A stretch of DNA of 64,000 nt from contig JBHGNT010000003.1 of assembly GCA_043228905.1 (NCBI GenBank), forward strand, positions 22,382,001 through 22,446,000, read 5' to 3'. The notes under the pieces are model-generated. The model worked only from the letters and a program-made list of their open reading frames with translations. It had not been told where the DNA came from and searched no databases. The stretch comes from Azolla caroliniana (taxonomy: Eukaryota > Plantae > Polypodiophyta). Positions 36,772-49,883 of this stretch are shown piece by piece. The number at the start of each line of letters is the position of its first letter. The stretch's first letter is position 1. Made by a program: the position numbers and the translations under genes.

Positions 36772-37976
36772 TAGAGCAGACCGTTAGCAATGTGGAAGTA
36801 TTCCTTCGAGGATGTGGTGGTGTCTGTTCCAAACTCAACTCTTGCCCAGTATTTCGCAAAATAATTGTCATCATGATACTTTCCTCGAATGTGATCATAA
36901 AGATTTGATGTTATTTCAGTGAAGCTAAGCCTGTTAATTTCACGGATGTGACTTAGTGCATTAGCAACAGTATTCATGGAACCTTTATGATATTGTATGG
37001 AAAATTAAATTCCTGGATGAGATCAGCCCATCGTGCCTTATGACCTTTCAGGTCTTGTTGGTCACAAAAATATTTCAAGGACTCGTGGTCCGTATTTACC
37101 ACAAAGCGATTTCCATAAAGTTGAGCGCATGTATAACTGCAAATAATTCCTTTTCTTGAACGGTATACCGACATTGAGCAAAATCAAGTTCCTTACTCTC
37201 GAATGCTATTGGTTTACCATCTTGATATAAGACAACACCTATAGCATAATTTCTTGCATCGGTTTCAACCTCAAAAGGTTTTGAAGGATCGGGTAAAAGA
37301 AGTGAAGGAGCCTTGCAAACCAAGTCCTTGAGTTCCTTAAAGGTGAGGTCTAATGTAGCATTCCACACAATAGGTTTTGTAGACTTACGCGTTTGACCTT
37401 TTAGAAGATCAATAAACAGCGTCGTTAATTGGGAGTAATTACGAAGGGATTTTTGCAAAAACCCGACAAAACCAAGGAATGATCGAACTTCTCGAATGTT
37501 CCGAAGAGTGGGCCAAAGCTTGATTTTCTCAATGCGAGAAGGATCAATTTCAACTCCTCGTTCGGTTATGAGATGTCCAAGATAAGTAATTGATTTCTTG
37601 AAGAACTCACATTCTGAGATCTTCGCATTAAACTGTTTGTCATGCAATGTTTGTAAAACAAAGCGGACATGTTTAGCATATTCTTGTAATGTACAGCTAT
37701 AAACTAAAATATCATCCAAGAAAATAACGACAAATTTTCCAAGTTGTTCTCGGAAAATGTCATTCATTTCTTGTTGAAATCTAGCTGGAGCATTGGTCAA
37801 ACCAAAAGGCATACCCAAAAGCTCATAATGGCCATAGCACGTACGAAATGCCGTTTTAGGAACATCATCCTCACTTATACGTATTTGATGATAGCTAGTA
37901 CGGAGATCAAGTTTCGTAAAATACTGAGCTCCCTGGATGACGGTCAATTAGATCGTCAGCCCAGGGCAATGGATAT
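36772..37976 (-). pseudogene. Element A RT-RNaseH segment
   Basis: FTKLDLRTSYHQI, KTAFRT, MPFGLTNAP, IFLDDILVYS, VETDA, QEKELFA, TDHESL, VANALS. Confidence 0.9.
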
Positions 37977-40900
37977 TGTTAAGTAATTAGGTAATTAACT
38001 AGGGTTAATTAGAGACTAATTATATGGTTACGTTAAGCAACGGAAGTTTAGTATGATATGCACGTGAGAGTGTGTGAGAGGAAGAGAGAGAGAGAGAGAG
38101 AGGAAGTTACACTTGAACACAAAGATAAATGGGGGATGATTGACTATATTGAAAAGTGTCATCAACATACAAAAATACCCACAATGAGGTATATATACAA
38201 CCCATGTGCAAAGGTGCACATGTGTGGGTAGAACATAGGTACTTATGTGTAAGTCCTACATTAAATGTACTAAGGAGTGGAGGATCTAGAGTATCCCACT
38301 TAAGTACAAGGTCCTATTGAAAGGCTTAAGGTCAACACATTAACTAGATTCGATCTAGGTAACTACTAAGTTACATGTGTTGACTAACTAGATTAAACTA
38401 GTTGAGCTTGATATCTCAACACGCCCCCTCAAGCTCAAGTGTGAGGTGTCCAACGTCCGGTTTAGCTTCCTTCGGCTTCGTCGGCATCGGTGCGGCTTGC
38501 GGCTTTCTTCGCGGTGTTGCGCGGCTTTCTTCGCAGTGTTGCGCGGCTTTCTTCGCGTTTTTGCGGCTTCGTTGTGCGGCTCTCCGCGGCTTTGTTGCAC
38601 GGCTTTCTTCGCGTATTCACGGCTTCGTTGCGCGGCTCTCCGCGGCTTTGTTCTCCCCCTCAAGCCTGTGACGAAGGCTTGGATCCTCGGGCTCTTGTTC
38701 GGCCACTACCTTCATCGCGAGGGCATAGTGATGGGCCATATACTCGTTGTAGGCGTAACGAGTGACTTGGGTTTTCGCTCGTGATGAGCGGCGGAGTTTC
38801 TCGTTTGTTGATGTGAGCGCCTTCTTTACTCCGGGTATCCTCATGATGGGTACACCGAACTCACTGTCTAATGAGCGAGCCGAATCATCCGAATCACGGT
38901 CGTTGGGGTGGACCTCGACTTCATATTCGGGCATCTTACCTTTGCCTTTGTCCGATGTCGGACTTGGCCGCGACGTGTTTTCATCGCATGGAGGCTCTTG
39001 TGGGCCAATTAGCCCGGTAGAGCTTGGATTGTCCTTCGGTGGAGGATTTGGCCAAGTTTCGTCGTCCGAATTGGCGTTCAACTCTTCCTCGATCAGGTCG
39101 GATGGAGTCGCATCAGGCTTATACCAAGATGCCGATTCGTCAAAAATGACGTTGCGACTTATCCGCACCGCTCAGGTCGAAGGGTTGAAGCATTTGTAAA
39201 CCTTTGTCACAGACAAGTATCCTATGAGGATACATTCTTCCGATTTCGCGTCGGGCTTCTCTCGACTTTCGTTCGGGATGCGTACATTCGCAATGCTTCC
39301 GAACACCTTGAGGTGCGAGAGGATGGGCTTTCTTCCAATGAAGATCTCGTATGGAGTAAGCTCGTGCACGCTATTTGTGGTGCATCGATTCATGAGATAG
39401 ACGGCCGTGGATGCCGCTTCCGCCCAATAGAAGTTCAGCATGTGCTTCTCACGCATCATGGTGCGTGCTACCTCGAGTATTTGCCAATTCTTTCTCTCGG
39501 CTACTCCGTTTTGTTGGGGAGTGTGTCGGCATGAGAATTCTCTACGAATGCCTTCACCTTGGAGGTAAGAGGTGAACTCGTCGGAGAAGTACTCCTTTCC
39601 TCCGTCCGATCGTAGGCATCGAATGTGCCGACTGGTTTCTTTCTCCACTTGGCTTTTGAGCCTTTGAAAGTGGGAGAGCACTTCACTCTTCTTCTTCATC
39701 GGGTATATCCACGCGTAGCGCGAGTGGTCGTCAATGAAGGTGACGTAGTAGCGGCATCCGCCAAGCGTCGGCATTTGAGCCGGTCCCCATACATTCGAGT
39801 GGATTATGTCAAGGAGGCCTTTGCTTGTGGAGCTCTCCTTCGGGAATGGGAGTCGATGTTGTTTACCGAGTTGGCATGCTTCACACACTCGGTCGACTCG
39901 TTTCGATTCGAAGGCCGGAAGTCCGATTACGACTCCCTTTGATTACATTCCGCGATGCCGTTGGAGGTTTACGTGGCCGATTCGCTTGTGCCACAACTCG
40001 ATGTTTGTCTCGGTCTTGAGACCTTTGGCGTACATGGCCGATTTTACTTCGTTTGAGTCGAGGATGAACAAGCGATTGTCTCTCCGTCCCTTGGCTATGA
40101 GTCGGCCGTCTTTCTCGATGAAGCAACCTTCATTGTTGAAGCGGACTTGCATGCCTTGCTCCACGATTTGGTCGACCGAGACCAAATTCTTTGTTATTGT
40201 GGGCATGTGCAAGACATTCTTGATGCAGGTTTGCTCGCCTTCTTTCCCGAATGGGACATCGCCGATGTGCCGAATGGGATGCGAAGTGTCGTCTCCGGTC
40301 TCTATGTAGCCGGGTCGATCCGGCGTTCGCAAGTCGCGAAACCACTCTTGGTGCGACGTCATGTGGTGCGAGGCGCCGGAGTCTACGAACCTAGCGTGTT
40401 CGGAGTTGGAGGTGCTTGCGGAGTTTGCGGGATCGGTGGCCATCATAGAGTTCGCTCTATGCCTCATCACGAAGAGTCCACCGTAGTCCGCATATTCCGC
40501 GTTCGCGGCGTAATTTGTGAGTTGCCGGCTTGTTGAAGCCAACTCGCTTCGTCTTTTTCGGCACTCCTCTTTGCGATGGCCGATTTTGCCGCAATAGTTG
40601 CACGTAGGTGGCGTCGTTCGCCGACCTTGTTCGGCATGGAAGCTCCCCCTTCTTGTGAGGATTCCTCGATGGCTTCCGTTTCCTTGCCGAAATTGTGAAT
40701 TCCCTTCGTGGGATAGGTCGAATTGACCTCTTCCGCGTCGACCTCGTCTATGGGGCACCATCCGTATCGGAGAAGAGCATTTGTCCTTCCGATGTGTTGG
40801 TCTTTGGTTGAACATGGTTTTCTTCGACCAATAGCATTGATTGGAGGTTGAAGAACGAGGGAGGGGTATCTCTCGCCAAGATTGCCGTTCTCAACGGGTT

Positions 40901-41997
40901 GAATCGTTGTGCGAGGCCGCCCAAGCATACTTGCACCATCTCGTCCTCATCGATGTTGACGTTGATGGAGCCAAGAGAGTCACAAATGCTCTTGATCTTG
41001 GCGGTGTAGTCCGTCATGGACATTTCTTTTTGTCGTATGTTGTTCAACTCTTGCCGGAGTTGAAGCTTGCGTGCGGATATGTCCGCGGCGAAAATCTTCT
41101 TGAGATTTTCCCACGCCTCTTTGGGCGTATTGGCGTCACGAATGTGGCTAAGCATGTGGTCGTTTACACATGTTGCCAAGCAATACATTACTCGACTCGC
41201 GCCTTGCTCCCACGTTAGGTAGTTGGCGTGTGTGGTTTCGGGTTTGCTTTCTTGTGCGCCGTTGATGTAGCTCCAATACTCTTGGCCGACAAGGTATTGA
41301 TTCATCTTGTACTCCCAAGATGAATAGTTGCTTCGGTCTAGCTTTTCGCTAGGGAGCGAGCTTCCCATTTGTTTGTTCATGTTGATTGCTGTGTCTTCCG
41401 TTTTGTTTTTCTTCTCTTGGTCGCGTACACGTCCTTCGTAGCGGCACTACGGTAGCGGATAGCGAATAGCCGGGATTTGTCGTCGGCGTGTCGAACACAC
41501 AATCACGAATAAGCGGTGGGCTTAGTGGATTTCCTAAACCACGCGCTCTGATACCATGTTAAGTAATTAGGTAATTAACTAGGGTTAATTAGAGACTAAT
41601 TATATGGTTACGTTATGTAGCGGAAGATTAGTATGATATGCACGTGAGAGTGTGTGAGAGGAAGAGAGAGAGAGAGAGGAAGTTACACTTGAACACAAAG
41701 ATAAATGGGGGATGATTGACTATATTGAAAAGTGTCATCAACATACAAAAATACCCACAATTAGGTATATATACAACACATGTGCAAAGGTGCACATGTG
41801 TGGGTAGAACATAGGTACTCATGTGTAAGTCCTACATTAAATGTACTAAGGAGTGGAGGATCTAGAGTATCCCACTTAAGTACAAGGTCCTATTGAAAGG
41901 CTTAAGGTCAACACATTAACTAGATTCAATCTAAGTAACTACTAAGTTACATGTGTTGACTAACTAGATTAAACTAGTTGAGCTTGATATCTCAACA
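37977..41997 (-). mobile_element. Element D: Ty1/Copia with an internal deletion of RT-RNaseH
   Basis: LTRs 37977-38421 and 41557-41997; TSD GATAT/GATAC (removal restores TIKNSYPLP in A); iMet PBS directly next to the LTR; gag, CNYCGKIGHRKEEC, VDSGAS and IN are present, but coding jumps from AEQEPE to the 3' end near 38680. Confidence 0.92.
38490..38650. repeat. GC-rich short tandem repeats in the D 3' UTR
   Basis: GCGGCTTTCTTCGC and GCGGCTTCGTTG-type units repeated; related sequence in E at ~45440-45600 on the opposite strand. Confidence 0.75.
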
Positions 41998-42612
41998 GAT
42001 ACGAATTCTTGATCGTCACTTTATTCAAGCGTCGGTAATTAATACACATACGCCATGTGCCCTCTTTCTTTTTAACGAAGAGAACTGGTGCCCCCCATGG
42101 AGATTTGCTATAACGTATATAACCCATTCGTAAATAGTTCTTGAGTTGCTTAGCTACCTCATCCTCTTCAGATCGACTTAAGCGTTAAGGAGGTACACTT
42201 ATTAGTGCAACACCAGGTACAATATCTATACGATGGTCTATATTACGTTTAGGAGGTAAACCATCTAGTAGTTCACTTGGAAAAACATCACGAAAATCAT
42301 TTAAGATTTCATCAAGTTGTTGTTGTTCAAAATATGTTAATTGAACCGAGACATTATCGATATTGTAAACATTAATGTCCGGATCAAGTACACAATAAAA
42401 TATAGTAGAACAAGACAACTCGGATATTGATGGACATGAGGAAACAATCGAGAGGGATTGTTTTTTGACACATTGAATAAAATGAGTACAATCGTTCAGT
42501 ACAAAAGTTATTGAATGATGAACCCAATCAATAAATAAAGAAGAGTTTTTATTATAAAACCAGGGATAACCTAGTATTACATCAGTGGTACAAAGATTCA
42601 TTACATGGAAGC
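41998..42612 (-). pseudogene. Element A protease C-half and RT N-terminus
   Basis: [52 protein letters not shown]. Confidence 0.85.
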
Positions 42613-45600
42613 CACATCAATCTCAACAAACTCAAAGCAATAAAATCGAAAGGAGTCGTCATCGGACTCCCGACATTCAAAGAGAAGGAGATTGAAGGTG
42701 TATGCGAAGCGTGCCAATTCAGCAAGCAACACCAACACCCATTCCTGAAAGAGCGGAACGTGAGCAAAGGTCTACTCGACATAGTCCATTCCAACGTATG
42801 GGGTCCGGCTCAGACGGCGACATTCGGCGGAAGCCGATACTACGTGACCTTCATCGACGACTTGTCTAGGCACGTGTGGCTCTATCCGATGCGGCAAAAG
42901 AGCGAAGTGTTCGGACACTTCCAAAGGTTTAAAAATGAAGTCGAAAAAGCCACTGGTCATCATGTACGATGCCTTCGATCGGATGGCGGCAAGGAGTACT
43001 TCTCGGACGATTTCACGGCGTATCTCCGAAAGGAAGGAATTCGGCGAGAATTCACTTGCCAACACACTCCGCAACAAAACGGAGTAGCCGAGCGCAAAAA
43101 TCGACACATCCTCGAAGTAGCGCAGGCCATGATAAACGAGAAGCATATGCCCAAGTCATATTGGGCCGAAGCTGCAAATACAGTCGTCTACCTAATGAAC
43201 CGGTGCACAACATCCGGAGTGCACGAGGTCACTCCGCACGAAAAATACTTCGGAAAGAAGCCGGACTTATCGCACACCCGGATATTCAGCGCGATAGCGT
43301 ACGTGCACATCCCCGACGAGAAGCGTCAAAAGCTTGACCCGAAGTCGGAGAAATGTATCCTCGTAGGATACTCACTGGAGCAAAAGGGGTACAAGTGCTA
43401 CAACCCCTCAACTTGAAAATCTCGAGTAGTCGAGACGTCGTTTTTGACGAGTCCGCATCCTGGTACACACCAGAGACAACTTCAACTCCGACTCCACTCA
43501 ACCTGGAATCCGCCGAACAAGAGATAGAGGATGAAGATCACCTTACGCGCATGTTCGAAGAAAGTCCGATCACGACCCGACTGAGCAGACCACAAGAGCC
43601 TTTGAGCGATCAAAGCACATCATAGCCTAGCCCAAAGATGGACAAAGGCAAGGCGAAAATGTCGGAATACGAAGACAATCGCTTCAACGACGATGAGTCG
43701 ACCCACTCACTCGATAGTGAGTTCGGCGGCTTTGATGTACCAATCGGAGCTAAGAAAGCCCTCCTCTCTACAAATGAAAAGCTCTGTCACTCCACCCGTG
43801 AAAAGAATCCGGTCAGCCGATTCAGCTACAACGACTACCTAACATATCACTATGCCTTTATGATGAAGGTGGCGACAGTACGCGAGCCGGAAACATTTTC
43901 CGAAGCAGCCAAGGATCCGCGATGGATCGAAGCCATGAACGAGGAGATGCAAGCACTACGCAAGAATGAGACATGGGATCTCATTCCCACCTCACCACAC
44001 AAAAAGGCGATCGGATGCAGGTGGATTTACAAAGTGAAGTACAACGTCGACGGTTCCGTCAACCGCTACAAAACGCGACTCGTAGCGAAAGGCTACGCCC
44101 AAACGCACGGAGTTGACTACGAAGAGACCTTTTCCCCGGTGGCAAAGATGACGACGGTACGGACCGTAATTGCGCTTGCGAAAGGGTGGCACCTCCATCA
44201 AATGGACGTCAAGAATGCCTTTCTACAAGGCAAATTAGAAGAGGAGGTGTACATGATACAACCACCCGGCTTCAACTCAAGCACCCATCCGAAAGTTGTG
44301 TGCCGACTCAAGAAGCCACTCTACAGCCTCAAGCAAGCACCGCGTGCTTGGCATTCGAAGATAACGCAAAATCTTTATCAAATCGGCTTCCGTATGTCAA
44401 AATCGGACAACTCCCTCTACATATGAAGCGATTCCGCAAGTTCGATTGTCATCATCTTATATGTGGATGACCTAGTCATTGGAGGTGAGCATCTCATCGA
44501 AATCAATAAGGTCAAATCCCTCCTTTCTGACAAGCTTAAGATGACAGACATGAAGGAGCTCCACTACTTCCTCGACATCGAGGTAATTCGGACTCCGGCC
44601 GGAATCATGATCTCTCAATGGCACTACATCCTCAACTTGTTATACAAGTTCGGGATGGCTGAGTGTAAATCTGCGGCAACCCCGCTCGATCACAATCTCA
44701 AACTAGATGTGAACTCTAGCACCAAAGCGTGTGAGCCGACTCAGTATCGGCAACTCATCGGGAGTCGCATTTACCTCACAACCCGATCTCAGTTACCGGT
44801 CGGTCTCCTTAGCCAATTCATGCAAACACCGTGTAATACTCACTTGGATTGCGCTAAGCGAGTTCTACGATAAGTGAGCAACACAATGGATTGTGGCATC
44901 CTCTACAAGACTGTGATGCCATTACGACTCGAGGGGTACACAAACGCTGATTGGGCCGGCTACAAAGCCGATAGAAGATCAACCTCCGAATTTGTTTTCT
45001 CCCTCGGCAGTGGAGCAATATCCTGGAGCAGCAAAAAGCAACCAATCGTCGCTCTTTCGAGCACAGAGGCGGAATACAAGAGCGTGGCAGTGGCCGCATG
45101 TGAAGTCGTATGGCTCAAAAGGATACTGAAGGATCTGGGTGTACCCATCAAGGATCTGACTTCCCTTTACTGCGACAACATGAGCAGTATCTATCTGATC
45201 GGAACCCGGTGTTCCACCCGCGGACAAATCACATCGAAGTGCACTATCACTTCATCCGAGAGCGTGTTCTAGCTTGTGATGTCGACCTACAACACATTAG
45301 CACAAATCTTCAAACAGCTGACATCTTCACTAAAGCCTTAGGAGCCGACAAGTTGTGGCAATTCATGACCGATCTCGGATTGACGATCCTTGACCTGCCA
45401 AGCTTGAGGGGGAGTACTGAAGACACTACGCAATAACGCGTGGATTCCGCAACCGCGCAACCAAGCCGCGCAAAGCCGCGAAGAAAGACGCAAGCCGAAG
45501 CATAGACTTCGCAACTACGCACAACGCAAGCTGGAGCACGGATTTCGCAACTCCACATAAATGCGAGTCGACGCGGACTCCGGAACGCAAGTCGAAGTGG

Positions 45601-46043
45601 AATTCGGATATCGTTTGAAACCGACCCGACTTGAGCTTGAGGGGGCGTGTTGAGAATCAAGCTCAACTTGGTCTAATGTGTGAACTCACCTTGAGAGTGA
45701 ATAGACACTCCAACGGTCAAGAGTCACCATTATGTCACCTCTTTGTATTCTAGCATTTAGTATGAGTCATAGAATCATATTCTATGACACATAACTTATG
45801 AGCTTTCACATTCCCCATGCCCCATGAGTCTTGTAGTTAATGAAGAGAGAGGGTGACTATATAAAGCACCCTCCTCCCACCTTATATAGTGTTGAGTCTT
45901 TCTCCTTTGTTAATATACTTTACCTTGCGTATTCTCTGTGTCTTACTCCTTGTCTCTCTCTCACTCTCTCTCTCTCTCTCTCTCAACACACACATAGTTC
46001 ATATTTATTCCGCTGCACAGAATCCATCTCTTGATTCTTTACA
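42612..46043 (+). mobile_element. Element E: 5'-truncated, decayed Ty1/Copia related to D
   Basis: Starts abruptly in the GAG-pre-integrase (HINLNKLK); IN SDGGKEY/QQNGVAERKN, RT MDVKNAFL/LYVDD, RH ADIFTKAL; PPT GAGGGGGCG; single 3' LTR 45648-46043 (TGTTGAGAATCAA...TTGATTCTTTACA). Confidence 0.9.
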
Positions 46044-47012
46044 ATGTGTATAGACCTGAAAGACATTAGGAATCTGACCTTTATGGTCTACATCGTTAGC
46101 TTTGTTGTCGTGCTCTTTCTGTTGGAGCTTTCGACATTGCTCTTCTGTATGACCCTTCTTTTTATAGAATACACAAAAAGGATGTTGTCACTTACAATCG
46201 CGATCCATGAATTCGTTGGGTGTCTTGCATTTCCCAACGAATTGCGACTACTTAGTCCCGGGCGCTTCGTTGGGTTTGTTGTGGTCCTTCTTCGAAGTGC
46301 GTTGATAGCGAAGAACTATTTCAACGGCCTCTTCGAAGGATTTTGGATCCTTATCGTGCACTATCGAGTGATAGTCCGAATTGGGGATGCCATTGACAAA
46401 ACAAGCTATTAACCAATTGTCCCCTTCTAGACCCGATTTTTGGATTTGGGTTCTAGCCTGGTGGACATAGTCTTCTAGCGAAGAAAATTTCCTGCTAGAG
46501 AGGTTCATTAAAATTTGAGCTACCTCGATTCGAGAGGGAGGTTGCAGAAATTGGCCCTTGAAAACTGTGACAAAATTTGTCCAAGTATCGGGCAATTTCC
46601 CCAAAGTACAGAACCCACGCCACCAGGCGGCGGCCTTACCCCCTAGTTCTCGGCCGACATATGCAATCTTCGTACTATCTGGCGTGGGATAGAGCTCAAA
46701 ATGAGACTCCCATCGGCCCAGCCACGTGTAGATTGCTTCTTCGGTTCTTTCCTTTTTGTCTCCCGTAAATGGCTTAACGACAAACGATGGTTCACCTTGT
46801 CGCTCATCAGGTCTATTAGTCTCACGTTGTAAACTAATGACACGTGCCTCAAGAGCACTTTGAGATTGCCAAAGTTCGGTCATCTGTTGAGCAGTGAGAC
46901 TAAGGTATTGGGTTATTTGCGAAAAATACATCTCAATGGACATTTGTCTAAGAGGATTCCCTTGAGTTCCTTCCGCTTGAGCGGATGACATCGGGTTGTT
47001 ATTTTGAGCCAT
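46044..47012 (-). pseudogene. Element A gag
   Basis: KPFTGD, YTWL, LGGKAAAWW, FKGQF (Ty3 capsid-type); stop at 46248, followed by a degenerate Zn knuckle C..Y.KKGHTEEQC. Confidence 0.85.
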
Positions 47013-49883
47013 TAAATGATTATTTCTGGAAAAGAAATAGGATAAGGTCAGAGAGATAGTTCACAACATCATGTCATGATGTAAACATATCATGGGCAAA
47101 CATTAATCGATATCATTATTTCACGTCAATACCCCTCTAGACGTTCTCGTGAAGCAAACCGTCCACAAGCGGAATCGGTGCACAGGAGCGTAGGAACCGG
47201 CTCTTCTCGAATGTTGTCCATAGAAGATCCTAGGCGGGTAGATTTAGTGGGTAGGAAGTAAAGGGGAAACGGCTCCTTCCTTGCCTATAAAAAGGAGGGA
47301 GACGAGAAGGGGGAGGGATCGCGGAGAGTCGAGGACGAAGTGTTGTCGGTTTGCGTGCGAGGGCTTCTCTCTCTCTCTCTGGTTTGCAAACTCCATAGCT
47401 TCCTTCTGTGCAGGTTTCGGGAGGCTCGCGCTGCTCTGAGGAATGCCCGAGTGCTTCCGGCAGCACCTCCAACCTGCTCCTGTCTTTCTGTGCATTTACG
47501 AATAGGCATCGGCATCTGTTCGCCGGCCTGTTCGGTTGTAACCAACTTCGTGTTTTTGTTGCTGTCTTTGTTAATACATACATACATTCGTGTCTCTCTG
47601 TGTCACTGTCCCACTCGCGTCTTTGTGTCGAAGGGCCGTGTCCCTGTGAATCTACGCTCGCACGTAGTGAGTCTCTCATCCTTTCTCTCTTGCTCTTCGG
47701 TATAGGACCCCTGAGGTCCCGCCTCATTCCACGCATCCGCAAGGAAAACCTCGACATCTTGGTGAACCCAACGTGAAGGAGGCGGCAGAAGAGCAGAAGA
47801 TGAAGGGGTCGGATCTTGCAGAGGCCATGGCTTCGGCCGTGGATCGGATATTGAGTGCACGCGAGGGCACCGGCGCCCTCGACAGAGCCATTGAGGCGGT
47901 CGTCGGTACGATCGGCCGGTTCAGCGAAAAGGATGCCACGAAGTATTTGGCGTCCTACGGGGCAGAAATGCTGATGCGGGACATTCCGGAAGAGAGGCAT
48001 CTTGCCAGGTTTCCTCGAGTGGCGATGCCGAGCAGCCATGCAGAGGTACTCGAGGTGCGGGCGGAGTTCGAAGGCCGACTCCTAGAAAAATACGGGCTGG
48101 ACGACGTGCTCCGGCTTTCAAAACGGGACTTCATGGAATGGGTGGAGTCCCCCGGCAAGGGAAGAAACGCGTCGGCACTCCTCCGGGAGTTCAAAGAACG
48201 CTTTGCGCGCCTTTCGGCGCTTGACCGAACCGTTCTGGATACGAGCCGGGTCCTATTGTTCGTCAAGTCGGTGGACGAGCGGGACAGAGATCAAGTCGGC
48301 TCCTTGCTGGAAACCAAAGACGGGCTGACAACCGACTAGGCTGCGGTTAAGAGAGTCTGTGGCCGTTTCGACAAAACGGCGAGAATGGGCTGACAAAGGG
48401 GCGGCCGGTGCGGGCTCTGTCACAGCAAGGAGGCTTGAACCGGCACCGCAAGTGCGAAGGGAAGAAACCCGGGAATGGCTCGAAACCGGTCCGGCTTCGG
48501 CCGGCATGGTCAATGGCTCGTCCGGAGGAGCAGCGCTGGAGGAGTTGACGCAGGCGATAAAGGATCTCCAGATCGCCCAGACTCGAAGGGAAGGCGGCGA
48601 ACCGGCTCGTGACCGACGGCCGACAGCGGGGAACAGGTGCATGTGGTGCGACGAGGTCGGCCACATTCGGAAGGACTGCGGCGATTTCGCAGAGGCGTTG
48701 AGGAACCGGGTGGTGTACCTGTGGGAAGGCCGGGTGCACGCTGGCGACACCAGGAGGGCCCTGAACCGAAACAACGGGCGAGGAGGTATGAAGAGACTGA
48801 TGGAAGAGGCAGCGGCCCGACACGTAGAGGGCATCCACTACTCGGCGTCGGCCGGAATTCAGGTCGGGGGCAGCGAGGCCCGAACAGAGGGCAAAGACGG
48901 ATTCTGGTCGGCAACGCTGGAAGGTCTTGCCGGCGCACGGCTAAGGAAAGATGAAACGGACCGCGCTGAGAGACGGGTCCGGGAAATAACCGGGTGGAGC
49001 GATCCGGTCGAGGAGAACACGGTGTCGGGATATTATGCAAGTGCGTGTGGAATCGAGGCGGGACCGCGGGGGTCTCGAACCAAAGAGCAAGCGAGGGAGG
49101 GGAAAGAGAGAGAACCGGCTACGCAGGACCGGGGGTACACAGGGACACGGCCCTTCAGCACGGAGAACACGAACAGACACCGACACAGACAGATGCGAAT
49201 GGCTAAATGTGTATATTAAGAAAAACGGCTAACACGACTACAACCCTCGACGGGGCACAGGTTGGTTACGACCGAACAGGCCGGCGAACAGATGCCGATG
49301 CCTGTTCACTTCGACGCTCAAAAGGGCTGTAGCTGGTCGGAGGTGCTGCCGGAAGCACTCGGGCGTTCCTCGAAAACAGCGCGAGCCTCCTCGGAACCCT
49401 GCACGGAAAGCTATGGAGCTCAAGAAGGAAGGAAACAGAGAGCGAAGCGTCCAGAAACGGTCCGGCAGCACTTCGTCCTCTCTGCGCGAGATATCCCTGC
49501 AACAGCTCTTTCCCGCTCCTTATATAGGCCGACGAGCAGGCCGTCATGTCAGCTTTATTCCCTGTCCCTTTTGGACAGGGATCCGCTCCGTTTTTCACGC
49601 ATCCGCGTAGTTACGCCGCCGACTCGTACAGTTCGCGCGCGCGACCGAAAAGACTGTTCGCGCGGTCTTTGTCTCCACTTGAGTTAGGGCCCGTTCCTGC
49701 CGATTATCCTCCTAATTCGCTTCTATGTACTACTTGGAGCGTGCGCGCGTGAAGAACCGGTTCCCACGCCTTGGTGCGCCGATTCCGCCTATGGACGGTT
49801 TTCTTCACGACATCCGCCCCCACCTAACCGCGCATCCTCCGGTATGCGCCAAGAGAGTTGGGACGGAGAAAACCGGCCCGTCT

